From Macrostomum lignano (taxonomy: Eukaryota), in contig NIVC01001374.1 in the NCBI GenBank assembly GCA_002269645.1, positions 186,001 through 250,000 on the forward strand: DNA of 64,000 nucleotides. The letters are read 5' to 3'. The notes under the pieces were generated by a model, which made no database searches, was not told where the DNA came from, and worked only from the letters and a program-made list of their open reading frames with translations. This document shows positions 10,833-21,940 of the stretch, piece by piece. The number at the start of each line of letters is the position of its first letter. The first letter of the stretch is position 1. A program made the position numbers and the translations under genes.

Positions 10833-12331
10833 ATGGGTTACATAAGATTAGCATTGTTATTTACCATTGTGCTGGTGATCCTCATCGAACCTGGCGATGG
10901 CTGCTTTAGGAAATTGAAAGGTGGTAAGTAGTCAGCCTTGCTTATGTGCCTTAAAATTAGAAATTATACTATAATGCATAAGAGAATTACCCAATTGGCA
11001 TTAGTATCAAAATTGGTTTACAGTAGTGCTCTTGCGGAATCACCCGGTTGGTTCAGGGCTCATGGGGGGAATCACCCGGTTGGTTCAGGGCTCATGAGGA
11101 ATCACCCAGTTGGTTCAGGGCTCATGAGGAGTCACCCAGTTGGTTCAGGGCTCATGAGGAATCACCCAGTTGGTTCAGGGCTCATGAGGAATCACCCAGT
11201 TGGTTCAGAGCTCATGAGGAATCACCCAGTTGGTTCAGAGCTCATGAGGAATCACCCAGTTGGTTCAGGGCTCATGAGGAGTCACCCAGTTGGTTCAGGG
11301 CTCATGAGGAATCACCCAGTTGGTTCAGAGCTCATGAGGGGAATCATCCAGTTGGTTCAGGGCTCATGAGGAATCACCCAGTTGGTTTAGGGCTCATAGG
11401 GAATCACCCAGTTGGTTCAGGGCTCATAGGGAATCACCTAGTAGGTTCAGGCCTCTAGAGGAATCACCCTGTTAATTGATTTAGGGCTCATAGGGAATCA
11501 CCCAGTTGGTTCAGGGCTCATAGGGAATCACCTAGTAGGTTCAGGCCTCTAGAGGAATCACCCTGTTAATTGATTCAGGGCTCATAGGGAATCACCCATT
11601 TGGTTCGGGGGCGTATGGGGGAGTTGCCGAGTGGCCTCGAATGCGCTGCTAAGATTTAATTCTGAAAGAAAGAATGCTTATATCATAGGCCGAAAAGTTT
11701 TGATATTGGCGCACTTAAATGTGCTCGGGACTTTGTGCTGCCGTAATGGAAATATGTGCAACCGACAGCTCAGCCGCAGTTATCTCAGCGGCTGTTCAGT
11801 CCAAGGACTGGGGGGTCGCCACACACAGCCTCAATTACCCCAGCTAATGCTGGCACCCATTTTACAGCTGGGTGAACTGAAGCTATGCAGAGGTTAAGTG
11901 TCTTTCTCAAGGACACAAATTGTTCCAGTAGGATCAGGAATCGAACCCCCGACCTTGAACCACTAGGCTACAGTCCCCTGTGAATATTGTTACAACTATA
12001 GTATAGGCAGGCACTGATCCGAAACTGAGAGCCGCAACCCCAACCCGCTTCTAATTCGCACGCAGCGGTCAAGGCGGTTGGCAGGCGCGTCGGTCGAGTA
12101 TTCGGACGCGGAAAGAAGGCGCCGAAAGCGGCCGCCGATATTGCCCAAAGCGCCGAGAAGGTGGGCAAAACAGCTAAAAAAAGCCCCAGTGCGACAAAAA
12201 CAGCCGGAATCAGTGTTGGCACTGGAATGCTTGCCGCCGGTACCATTGGTGGTGTCAGTTTGGGCTACACAAATAACAAGAAGAATCGGATGCAAAGCGA
12301 GAGCGCTCCGCCTCCTGTCACATACAAATAG
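10833..12331 (+). CDS. Secreted cationic amphipathic/Gly-zipper peptide precursor A2, 118 aa, two exons (10833-10923, 12066-12331)
   Basis: Exon 1 MGYIRLALLFTIVLVILIEPGDG-CFRKLKG with GTAAGT phase-1 donor; acceptor ttcgcacgcag; exon 2 AVKAVGRRVGRVFGRGKKAPKAAADIAQSAEKVGKTAKKSPSATKTAGISVGTGMLAAGTIGGVSLGYTNNKKNRMQSESAPPPVTYK*, which aligns to A1. This frame is absent from the ORF track. Confidence 0.85.
11035..11605. repeat. 30-bp minisatellite (gaatcacccagttggttcagggctcatgag), A2 intron
   Basis: Direct tandem periodicity; explains the repetitive ORFs at 10938 and 11048. Confidence 0.97.
11745..11975 (-). mobile_element. tRNA-derived SINE copy
   Basis: Reverse complement of the SINE at 46318-46600 (tRNA-like head ggttcgattcc, body tttgtgtccttgag...cagttcacccagctgtaaaatgggtgccagcatt). 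Confidence 0.8.
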
Positions 12332-13305
12332 AAGCCGGCCACGGACAAAAATGTTGGCTACGACCTTACAATCTCTACGCTTAGTACACCATGACAGACA
12401 TTTACTATTTCTTTCCAGCTTTCATTTGTTAATTGAGTGCAATTTGATTTCCTCTACATTTTAAGGCCTCTGTAATGCATTTATACTCGTAGTTGTTTCA
12501 TTAGCATTGGCAACTTTTGTATTTAGTTTATCTGATGCTGGAAAAATGCTTAAACACTTTCAACAATTACAGTTAGACAGAATACAGACTCATGTTCCAC
12601 TAAGTGTGGCGGCAGTGAATTTCGAAAAACTTTACTTGACTTTCCTATTAATTGCTTATCAGGTTAAAAGTACATGTGCACACCGTGGCTGCATGGAGAG
12701 GAAGATCACAGAAAAGCGAAAGCAACACTGCTTCCAAGGGGGGTTGTGCCTGCCCGAGGAAAAAACAAACCAAACTTGCTAATTACTTGATAAGTCAACA
12801 ATGGAACCTCGTGGCGAGGACAGCCTAAGTAAAGTACATTCGATAAGTACTTTCCAAGTACTTGAATGTAGAGACAGGCGTGTACTTTGTAAACTTTTCA
12901 AGTCGATTGAACTTGGACAAAAGCATTGCATATACTGTTTAAGTTCATGACAATGATACTTTGCAAACTTGATAAGTCAACAATGTCATCCAAGTGCATG
13001 GTTGACTTTGAAAGTTTAGCATGTGTATTTTTCCGGTTGGCATCTCTGGGACTAAAGTTCGCAAAGTTTTTTTTGTTAAAATTTACGTTTTGATCGATTG
13101 CGAACTCGCAGAGTTTGCTATAGCCATAAAGCATGCACAGTTAATAGTTAAAAGATTGCCCACAGTCTACAGCAGCCACCCTATCTATGGGCTCACTCAC
13201 GGGTAAAGAAGCGGCTGAGAAAATCATAGTTAGGTAGACAAAAGTGCACTTTGCGAGACGCGGGCTAGAAGAAGAAGCTCGGACTGCAAATCAGATTAGC
13301 TTGAA

Positions 13306-13855
13306 ATGGTGCTATTGAAATGGTCGATGAAATGCCTGTTGCTGGCAGTCATTCTGCTAGCTGTGCTGCCGGACTATAGCAGCGGATGCAAAGCGGCGGT
13401 CAATAAGGGTGAGTTGGCAATTCCAACCGCATGTTTTCATTCAGTAAAAACAGTAAAAAGGACTATAAGAGGGGAATGTCATGCCATTAACAGCCGTGAT
13501 GACAAAGCCTTAAAAAGTCAGTCAGTTTATGAACAGACTCTGACAAAACACACTTTTCCCCATGCTATATTTAACAGTGAAAGAGTTCTACAAGTCTTAC
13601 ACGCTAAAGAAAAAACCGAAAGAGGAAACTGACGAAGCCGAAAAGAAGAAAAAGCAGGAGGCAGAAGAAAAAGAATACAAGAAGAAATTGGACGAGGCCA
13701 AAGCGAAAATGCGACAGCGAAACAAACAGCTCCTTGAAACCATAGCAACCGAGCGCACCAAGCAGGAGTCTCTGCTGGAGCAGCGGAAGAAGAAAGGCGA
13801 GAAGAAGATCGCAGGCATTGTGGCCACCACCACTGGTACGCAAATAATCCTCTAG
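13306..13855 (+). CDS. Secreted Lys/Glu-rich coiled-coil protein B1, 126 aa, two exons (13306-13408, 13578-13855)
   Basis: Exon 1 MVLLKWSMKCLLLAVILLAVLPDYSSG-CKAAVNK, phase-1 GTGAGT donor; acceptor tttaacag; exon 2 VKEFYKSYTLKKKPKEE...KKKLDEAKAKMRQR...KIAGIVATTTGTQIIL*; homologous to B2. Confidence 0.85.
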
Positions 13856-14294
13856 ATTGCGGAGACCGCTCCGCAACCATCAGCTGCAGTTTTATTTATT
13901 AAGGACGAAACCGAGATAATTGACAGTTTAAGGCGCAGCTCAAGACAAAAGCCTGAGAAGTTTTGTTAATATTCTAGAGTTCTACTGGTCAGGAAATTTA
14001 ATTTCGTTTACTTTACTGGATCGGTTTATAAATAATACACAGGACAGTGTTTTAACTCATTTTTAATTGCCTGTTTTATTGCAATTTCTCATTCAATTAG
14101 ATGTATTGCGATTTTCAAGAGGATAGAGAAGTACGAGCTATTTGTGCAGCACTGTATTGTCTATTGTGGTATTAGAGAGAAAAAAACTGCTATGGCAATT
14201 ACCGCTGGCACGGACTGCTCGGTTTCAGCTTGCAGGAGTGTAAGCTGCCGGGTAGGATTAATTATGGAGGGCGCTGAAGCGTCAGCACCAGGAT

Positions 14295-14592
14295 ATTTAG
14301 CACCAGTGGTTTTAGCACCAGTGGCTTTAGCACCAGGGGCTTTAGCACCAGTGGCTTTAGCACCAGTGGTTTTAGCACCAGTGGTTTTAGCACCAGTGGT
14401 TTTAGCACCAGTGGCTTTAGCACCAGGGGCTTTAGCACCAGTGGTTTTAGCACCAGTGGTTTTAGCACCAGTGGCTTTAGCACCAGGGGCTTTAGCACCA
14501 GTGGCTTTAGCACCAGTGGCTTTAGCACCAGTGGTTTTAGCACCAGTGGTTTTAGCACCAGGGGCTTTAGCACCAGGGGCTTTAGCACCAGG
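14295..14592. repeat. 15-bp minisatellite (ttagcaccagtggct), ~20 copies
   Basis: Direct tandem periodicity; source of the PVALA/GAKAT/LKPLV ORFs. Confidence 0.97.
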
Positions 14593-15265
14593 GACGATTG
14601 CATGGAAAGGCGGAAGGCCATGCAGCCACCAGTCCAGTTGAACGCGGAGCTCGCCCGCCACGGGAATCCGGCGATGACACCCGTTGATGGTGTTGGTGAC
14701 GTCAATTCGAGCTCGCAGAAAGACTCGAGCGGGGCGAGCCACCTTGCAAAAACCAGCCGATTTTGCCCACCAGCTTTTGATGTTGAAGCTTTGACAGACT
14801 CTTAGCGCTCAAACCTCCATGCAGCAACATCCGCAGCTCATCTGTCTTGCTCTGCGGCAGGGATAGCAGCTAGACCGGATGTGCTGTCGATTTGCACTCC
14901 CAGGAATGTGATACACGTAGCAGGTGGGCTGGTATTTTCCCAATCGATGCAGCTAATCCCAGCGTGGGAGGCAAGTCGTATGAGCTTCTAAAAAAACAAC
15001 AACGCACACCGCCGGGGAACAGACTACAGTTCACAAAGGTCGGTGTCGGATCAGTCTTCTCACAGCGCTGGCTCTCTGAAGGCGGCTACAGCGTGCACCT
15101 GGCCAATCACCCCAGCGTAATCCAGCTAGCAATCCGCGAAGCACATCCGGAAGTACAACACAATTAGAATAAATAAAATGCAGGTATAAAAGTGGGAACA
15201 TAAAGTCAATATTTGCTAGTCTGAACTCGAAATGTGAGTAAAGGAAACGACAGTGTACGTCAATA

Positions 15266-16337
15266 TTGTGGGTCAATATCGTACGTCAATATCAGTCACT
15301 TCGCCCTGGAGTGCACCCTGGCCAAAGTCCTAACACCATCCTTCGAAACCGCATTCAACCCATCATCAACCAGAGGCTTCTCAATATCCAGAACGGCTTC
15401 CGACCTGGACGGTCAACAGCAAAAACAAGTCGCTGCGGTCCGGTGCATCATAGACACCTGCAAGACTCGCCAAAAGGCGGTGTCAATTGTTTTTGCAGAT
15501 TTGTGCAAAGCTTTTGACTCAGTCAGCCGGGCGGCCAGGCCATTGCGTAGCTCCTCCAGCAGCATGGAGTTTATCAGATGCTGGTCCAGGCGATCATGGA
15601 CCTCTACAGCTCATCCAAGGCGCTTTCGTCTAGACTGACCACGGCCCTAAAGCTGAATTGACAACCACTTCCGCAAAGCGACACCTGTTTGTATTCGTCA
15701 TCCTGATCGACTTCGTCATGCGGTTGGCTCTGCGCGATGAAGACGGCTATGAAGTGGTGTTTCGCCGTAGCTCCCGCTTTGCCTGCGTCAAGCCGACCTG
15801 CCTCGCCTGCGCCGACGACCTGGCGCTGACCTGCTGCAGTCCCGAAGCTGCGCAGACGGCGGTGAGTCGGCGGACCAACGAGGGGAAGCGCGTGGGGCTC
15901 CACATCAACTACGGCAAGGCAGAGGTGCTGCATGTTGGCATTGCCAACTCTCCACTGCTGCTTCTGCCGGACAGCAACACCATCGCCCTGTGCAACCAGT
16001 TCAAGTATCTGGGGTGTCCTGGTCTCTGACCCGGATGTCATTGTCAACAACCGCAAGCACAGCCTGGTGGGCCTCCCACCTTCTCCGCTCCATCTTCAAC
16101 TACTGGCTCGCCACCGACAGCCTGAACGTCGCCCTATTCCGCTCGGCAGTTGAGACGGTGCTGACCTACGGGCTGCTGGAAACTGTTCCCATGACTGCCA
16201 CTCGTCAGGCGAGCTTGGAGGGCTGCCATCGCCACCTCATGCACAATGCCCTGGGCATCCGGTTCCCCGAGCGCGTGAGCAACGCCGAGCTGGCGGCCCG
16301 GACCCGCGTGGTCGCAGAGACGACGCCAGATGTCTGA
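15266..16337 (+). mobile_element. Degenerate non-LTR retrotransposon (LINE) reverse transcriptase fragment
   Basis: Frameshifted RT motifs QNGFRPGRST, VFADLCKAFDSVSR, ACADDLAL, GLHINYGKAEVL, QFKYLG and LFRSAVETVLTYG. Confidence 0.85.
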
Positions 16338-16492
16338 CTATCGACCAACAGTATAATAATGTGCAAATAAGGAACAGGAATACAAATCAGCAGTAATATA
16401 TTAGATGTGAAGTAACCAGTAATTGCGGCAATTAAGCTTTATATACGCAAAGCGCGCTATTACTAAAATGCATTATTATATGGTACATAGCG

Positions 16493-17238
16493 ATCGCAGA
16501 AGTGCGCCAAAATGAACTAGTTGAATTAGTGGGACATCGCAGAAGTGCGCCAAAAAGAAGTAGTTGAATTAGTGGGACATCGCAGAAGTGCGCCAAAATG
16601 AACTATTTGAATTAGTGGGACATCGCAGAAGTGCGCCAAAATGAACTAGTTGAATTAGTGGGACATCGCAGAAGTGCGCCAAAAAGAAGTAGTTGAATTA
16701 GTGGGACATCGCAGAAGTGCGCCAAAATGAACTAGTTGAATTAGTGGGACATCGCAGAAGTGCGCCAAAATGAACTAGTTGAATTAGTGGGACATCGCAG
16801 AAGTGCGCCAAAAAGAACTAGTTGAATTAGTGGGACATCGCAGAAGTGCGCCAAAAAGAACTAGTTGAATTAGTGGGACATCGCAGAAGTGCGCCAAAAT
16901 GAACTAGTTGAATTAGTGGGACATCGCAGAAGTGCGCCAAAAAGAACTAGTTGAATTAGTGGGACATCGCAGAAGTGCGCCAAAAAGAACTAGTTGAATT
17001 AGTGGGACATCGCAGAAGTGCGCCAAAATGAACTAGTTGAATTAGTGGGACATCGCAGAAGTGCGCCAAAAAGAACTAGTTGAATTAGTGGGACATCGCA
17101 GATGTGCGCCAAAATGAACTAGTTGAATTAGTGGGACATCGCAGAAGTGCGCCAAAATGAACTAGTTGAATTAGTGGGACATCGCAGAAGTGCGCCAAAA
17201 TGAACTAGTTGAATTAGTGGGACATCGCAGAAGTGCGC
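16493..17238. repeat. 43-bp minisatellite (cgcagaagtgcgccaaaatgaactagttgaattagtgggacat), ~17 copies
   Basis: Direct tandem periodicity with high identity. Confidence 0.97.
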
Positions 17239-17490
17239 GACCAAAAGTTAAGCAGTTTTAGAAACCCATTGTACTGCGACGTTTAGGTTTAGTTTAGCTT
17301 TGTTTAGTTTAGCACAATGATATGTTGCATACACAAATTTCTCCCTCCCACTCTCTCCATTTTCTTTCATTATTCCCGATAAGATCAGAAAAAGCCCAGT
17401 AAATAATAAAATGCCCGAAATGGCTGCATTTCAGTCTGGTACACTTCGACTCATGGATTTGCAGATGGATGAGAGGCTGCAGCTTCGTCG

Positions 17491-18936
17491 TCATTGTGAC
17501 CGCAGTGCATTCAGTTGCTCTACTAGCCAAGGGAGATACGCAGTGGAGCGTAGTTTCCTTTTAGCGGACCAGAAGCCGGCTACAACGACATATCTACTCT
17601 TCATGTTGTCGGTTACTTCGTTAATGCTGACATAAACTGGACACATTTCCATAACAGACCTTTTAAAAATTGGAAAGCCATCGATGCACACTGAATACGT
17701 GAGGTCACTTCGTGAGCCCAGTGCAATAGACCGCTTGAATGCCGCATACGCAGTTCCGCTACCCATGTAAAGACGTCCCACGTTCGCCGGCTGATCGACG
17801 GGATATATTACGTGGTCTAGAAGATGGCATTCTTCGATCATCTGTCGTACTTGGCTGCCTATATCCATTCGCCAGAAGTGCCCAACAGACTCTGGCGATT
17901 CCAATCTAGCATTACAATGCGGACAGTGATTTGGGCGCGGTTGTTGCATCTCGCGATCGCAGCTCAGACAATACACTGAAGGTCTGCATCTCGTGTAGGA
18001 GTACGGTGTCAGGTTTAGCAAATTGTCCAGCATTTGACGGGTCTGTGGAAACGCAGCATTTACAGGAAGCACGGCCTTTGTGTAGGCAAGCAATTTGTCG
18101 ACACCATGTACAGAAAGATTTTGAGCAAAGGCCAGACACTGAGCTAGGGTTCCAATTGCAGCGTATGACACAGTAGCGCCAGGATAGGCGGCCAACTGGC
18201 AAAAGTTACGCAGTTTAGCGTCGTCTGAATCATAATCATCGCCGTCACCGTCATCGCTGTATTCGGCATCGTCGGTAGGCGCTTGGCTGGCAGAGCTTTC
18301 GGTAGCTTCGCTGGCATCGCCGGCTTCACTGGCAGTTTCGCTGGCAGAGCTTTCGGTAGCTTCGCTGGCATCGCCGGCTTCACTGGCAGTTTCGCTGGCA
18401 GAGCTTTCGGTAGCTTCGCTGGCATCGCCGGCTTCACTGGCAGTTTCGCTGGCAGAGCTTTCGGTAGCTTCGCTGGCATCGCCGGCTTCACTGGCAGTTT
18501 CGCTGGCAGAGCTTTCGGTAGCTTCGCTGGCATCGCCGGCTTCACTGGCAGTTTCGCTGGCAGAGCTTTCGGTAGCTTCGCTGGCATCGCCGGCTTCACT
18601 GGCAGTTTCGCTGGCAGAGCTTTCGGTAGCTTCGCTGGCATCGCCGGCTTCACTGGCAGTTTCGCTGGTGGAGGCTTCGCCGGTAGATGGCGGTTGTGAA
18701 GTAGCTTCGCCGGTAGATGGCGGTTGTGGAGTACCTTCGCTACCGATGTCGTCGTCTGGATGACGGCGCTTATTACCACGATTCGTCTGTGGATTTCCAA
18801 TGGCGGCGCCCATTGCAGTCGTTCCAGATTGCAACCACTGTTGTCGCCTTTGAAATAGAAGCTGCACTGTCTTGCGTTCTCGAAATCGTTTCACTCTTAA
18901 ACGATTCATAATGGCGCGGCGTTGCTGGTCTTCCAT
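17491..18936 (-). mobile_element. CACTA/EnSpm-type transposase, C-terminally truncated, with an internal 54-bp coding repeat
   Basis: IDGFPIFKRSVMEMCPVYVSINEV...VVVAGFWSAKRK...YLPWLVEQLNAL matches the tnp2/Transposase_21-type catalytic start. It is preceded by a CxxC...CPHC zinc motif and ~7 copies of ASETASEAGDASEATESS (18283-18670). Confidence 0.75.
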
Positions 18937-19309
18937 GATAGAGATTTTTGTTCTTAATGATTCTTATCCTCTGCAAAAGTGGCAAACGTTCATGAGAAAT
19001 TAGTCAGTTGCTTCGTGGGTTACCGTCACTTCTCCTTATATACTGATTTGAAAGAGAACGTATCCCTGGGCATAGGTAATAAATTTGCTTCCCTATTCAT
19101 AACTATCACTTGTCCATACCTAACTATATATAACTGGGTATCCATGTGACCTATTTCAGGAGAGGCTACTCTGTAAAATTGTAAAGTAAAAATTCAGGCA
19201 ACAATAACACGTGCGTCACGCCGCACTCAAATTAAGCAACATAGTAGCAGCCTATTATGCAATGAAGACGACAACAGTTGGTAGAAAGCGACAAGTAGTA
19301 AACTCCACA

Positions 19310-20065
19310 ACAGAACAAAACGGTCACAAAATACGGTAACAGTGAACGGTAACATGTGACCCTGAACAAACGGTCACAAAATACAGTCACATTGAACGGT
19401 CACATGGTGACCCTAAACAAAACGGTCACAAAATACGGTCACATTGATCGGTAACATGTGACCCTAAACAAAACGGTCACAAAATACGGTCACATTGATC
19501 GGTAACATGTGACCCTAAACAAAACGGTCACAAAATACGGTCACATTGATCGGTAACATGTGACCCTAAACAAACGGTCACAAAATACGGTCACATTGAT
19601 CGGTAACATGTGACCCTAAACAAACGGTCACAAAATACGGTCACATTGAACGGTCACATGGTTACCCTAAACAAAACGGTCACAAAATACGGTCACATTG
19701 ATCGGTAACAGTGACCCTGAACAAACGGTCACAAAATACAGTCACATTGAACGGTCACATGGTTACCCTAAACAAAACGGTCACAAAATACGGTAACATT
19801 GATCGGTAACATGTGACCCTAAACAAAACGGTCACAAAATACGGTCACATTGATCGGTAACATGTGACCCTAAACAAAACGGTCACAAAATACGGTAACT
19901 ATGAACAGTCACATTGTTACCCTAAACAAAATGGTCACAAAGTACGGTAACATTGAACAGTCACCTGGTGACCCTGAACTAAACAGTCACAAATACGGTA
20001 AAAAATGGTAACTGGTGACCGTAACGGTAAAAAACACGGTAACAGCCCCTTTTTGTGACCGTTTC
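19310..20065. repeat. ~51-bp tandem repeat (aaacggtcacaaaatacggtcacattgatcggtaacatgtgaccctaaaca), probable subterminal repeats of the CACTA element
   Basis: Tandem periodicity upstream of the transposase; the core aaacggtcacaaaa also occurs inverted (ttttgtgaccgttt, ~20051-20064), as in CACTA subterminal arrays. Confidence 0.8.
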
Positions 20066-20725
20066 GTTTTATACGGGTTAGAGATTTAAACTTATTTGGA
20101 GCCACTGCAGGAGACTGTAAATTTTGGTGCACTGTGTGAATGCGGGCAGTGTGCGGTATCTTGGTTTCTGTTGCAGTTTTTCAAAGTTTTTAACTACCTC
20201 GTTGACCGAAGATGGCCAGACCGATGATGGTTGAAGAGGAAGAACCAATGGGATGGGTCGGAGAAGATACGTCGTAGTCATGTCAACCCTGATGTTGGTA
20301 CCTGACGAGTTGTGAGTTCTCAGCTTATTAATCTAGACTATAAATTCTTCCCTTAGTTTCATTTTGTAGTTATTTTAGACACGCTTAAATAGGTCACAAT
20401 TAGTTTGCAATCGAGTGGTTGAGAGTGAGAAAGTGTTTTGGCTGCTAGATCGAGTTGGATTCAAGCTGCCATTTGTTGGCTTTAACATGTAGCTGAGTGA
20501 ATGACGAATTCCAATCACTCTTCACCCGCGCGGTTCCCTGCATCTTTTTACCCAGAAACAAAAAGTAAATAAGTGGAATTTTACGCGCGCACTGAAGCCT
20601 GAGTGAGAAGGCCATAGACTATACTCTAGGGCGAGCTGTCAAAGTGTAGTTTACTAGGAAAGTAAAGCTGCGAGGCTAAGCCCATCTATCTTATCGGCAA
20701 CGCTCCTTTCGGATGCCAACAAGTA

Positions 20726-21234
20726 ATGGCATTTTTCAGATACCTAGCATTGCCTGCAATCTTGTTCGCGGTTTTTGTACAATACAGCGAAGGATGCAAA
20801 AAACCGGCTCCTGTGCAGCAGGGTGAGTGAGTCAAAGTTGTGCCGCCGTTACTATTATGTTATTATTGGACCAGCATATTAAAAGTAGCGATCTGTAGGA
20901 CCTGATTCGATGCAGTCATTGAACCCGCCCCACAGTTCAGCAGAATGTTGAAGCAAACTATGAGCTAGAACAGCGGCTGGCGCAAGAACAGCGCGAGCGT
21001 GACAACGCCGAGAGGTTGCGGCGAAGAGCCGAACAAAAGAAGAAAGAAGAGCAATACAAGAAGGAATTGAAGGAGGCAAAAGCGAAAATGAAGGAGCGCA
21101 AAGAGAAGATTCTAAACTTGGTCGCGGCCCAGCGATCATACCAGATTGCTCTGATGAAGAAGCGCAAAAAGAACGGGGCTCAGAAAATATACGGTGTCGA
21201 CGCGGAGGTAACAGGCACCCAGCTTGTCATATGA
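20726..21234 (+). CDS. Secreted Lys/Glu/Gln-rich coiled-coil protein B2, 131 aa, two exons (20726-20822, 20936-21234)
   Basis: Exon 1 MAFFRYLALPAILFAVFVQYSEG-CKKPAPVQQ, phase-1 GTGAGT donor; acceptor ccccacag; exon 2 VQQNVEANYELEQRLAQEQRER...QYKKELKEAKAKMKERK...KIYGVDAEVTGTQLVI*; homologous to B1. Confidence 0.85.
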
Positions 21235-21699
21235 GACCTTTGATTGGCGGCGTCCGCTTAGTGACAAACCGACAGAGCACCCGCGACGGGCAAATGTAAT
21301 TTCCATTTGTAAATGCAGCTCATTTCCTCTGACAGAATAAGAGATGGAAGAGTTTTTTTAGTTTAACAAAGCCTGTTAGAGCATCTTACCAAAGCTTGAA
21401 CCCTTTAACACTGTAACATTTTTATTCAAACACACTATAGTTAGCAGGCAATTATTTTGAATCTTCCCAAAGTTTCCGAGAAATTCGTACTGTAACTCTT
21501 TAAACAAATAAACCAATACAAACCGCTAAAAATAAAGCTGTACACGAACTAGTCAGGATAGCAGGACCACTTGGAGGTCGGTTTCATTTTTAAGCACAAA
21601 CTGGACTCGCGAAGTCTTGCCGGATGCGAGCAATGAAAAATTATTTGGAACTTGCGAACAGGCCAGGCTAACAAGCGCTCGAGATTAGTCGTATTTCAT

Positions 21700-21940
21700 C
21701 TTGCACATTATTCTTATTGTATCTTGCACATTAGTCTTACATCACATCTTGCACATTAGTCTTATTACATCTTGGACATTAGTCTTACGTCACATCTTGC
21801 ACATTAGTCTTATTGCATCTTACACATCAGTCTTATTGCATCTTACACATCAGTCTTATTGCATCTTACACATTAGTCTTATTGCATCTTACACATTAGT
21901 CTTATTGCATCTTGCACATTAGTCTTATTGCATCTTGCAG
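21700..21940. repeat. 23-bp minisatellite (cacattagtcttattgcatctta)
   Basis: Direct tandem periodicity. Confidence 0.9.

Noticed and set aside
10938-11458. Repetitive ORFs (NHPVGSGLMR / ESPSWFRAHE)
   Set aside because: Translation of the 30-bp minisatellite inside the A2 intron.
14144-14742. PVALA / GAKAT / LKPLV repeat proteins
   Set aside because: A 15-bp minisatellite open in several frames on both strands; no independent coding evidence.
16493-17238. Regular 43-bp array resembling a CRISPR locus
   Set aside because: Head-to-tail repeats without unique spacers, no cas genes, eukaryotic context.
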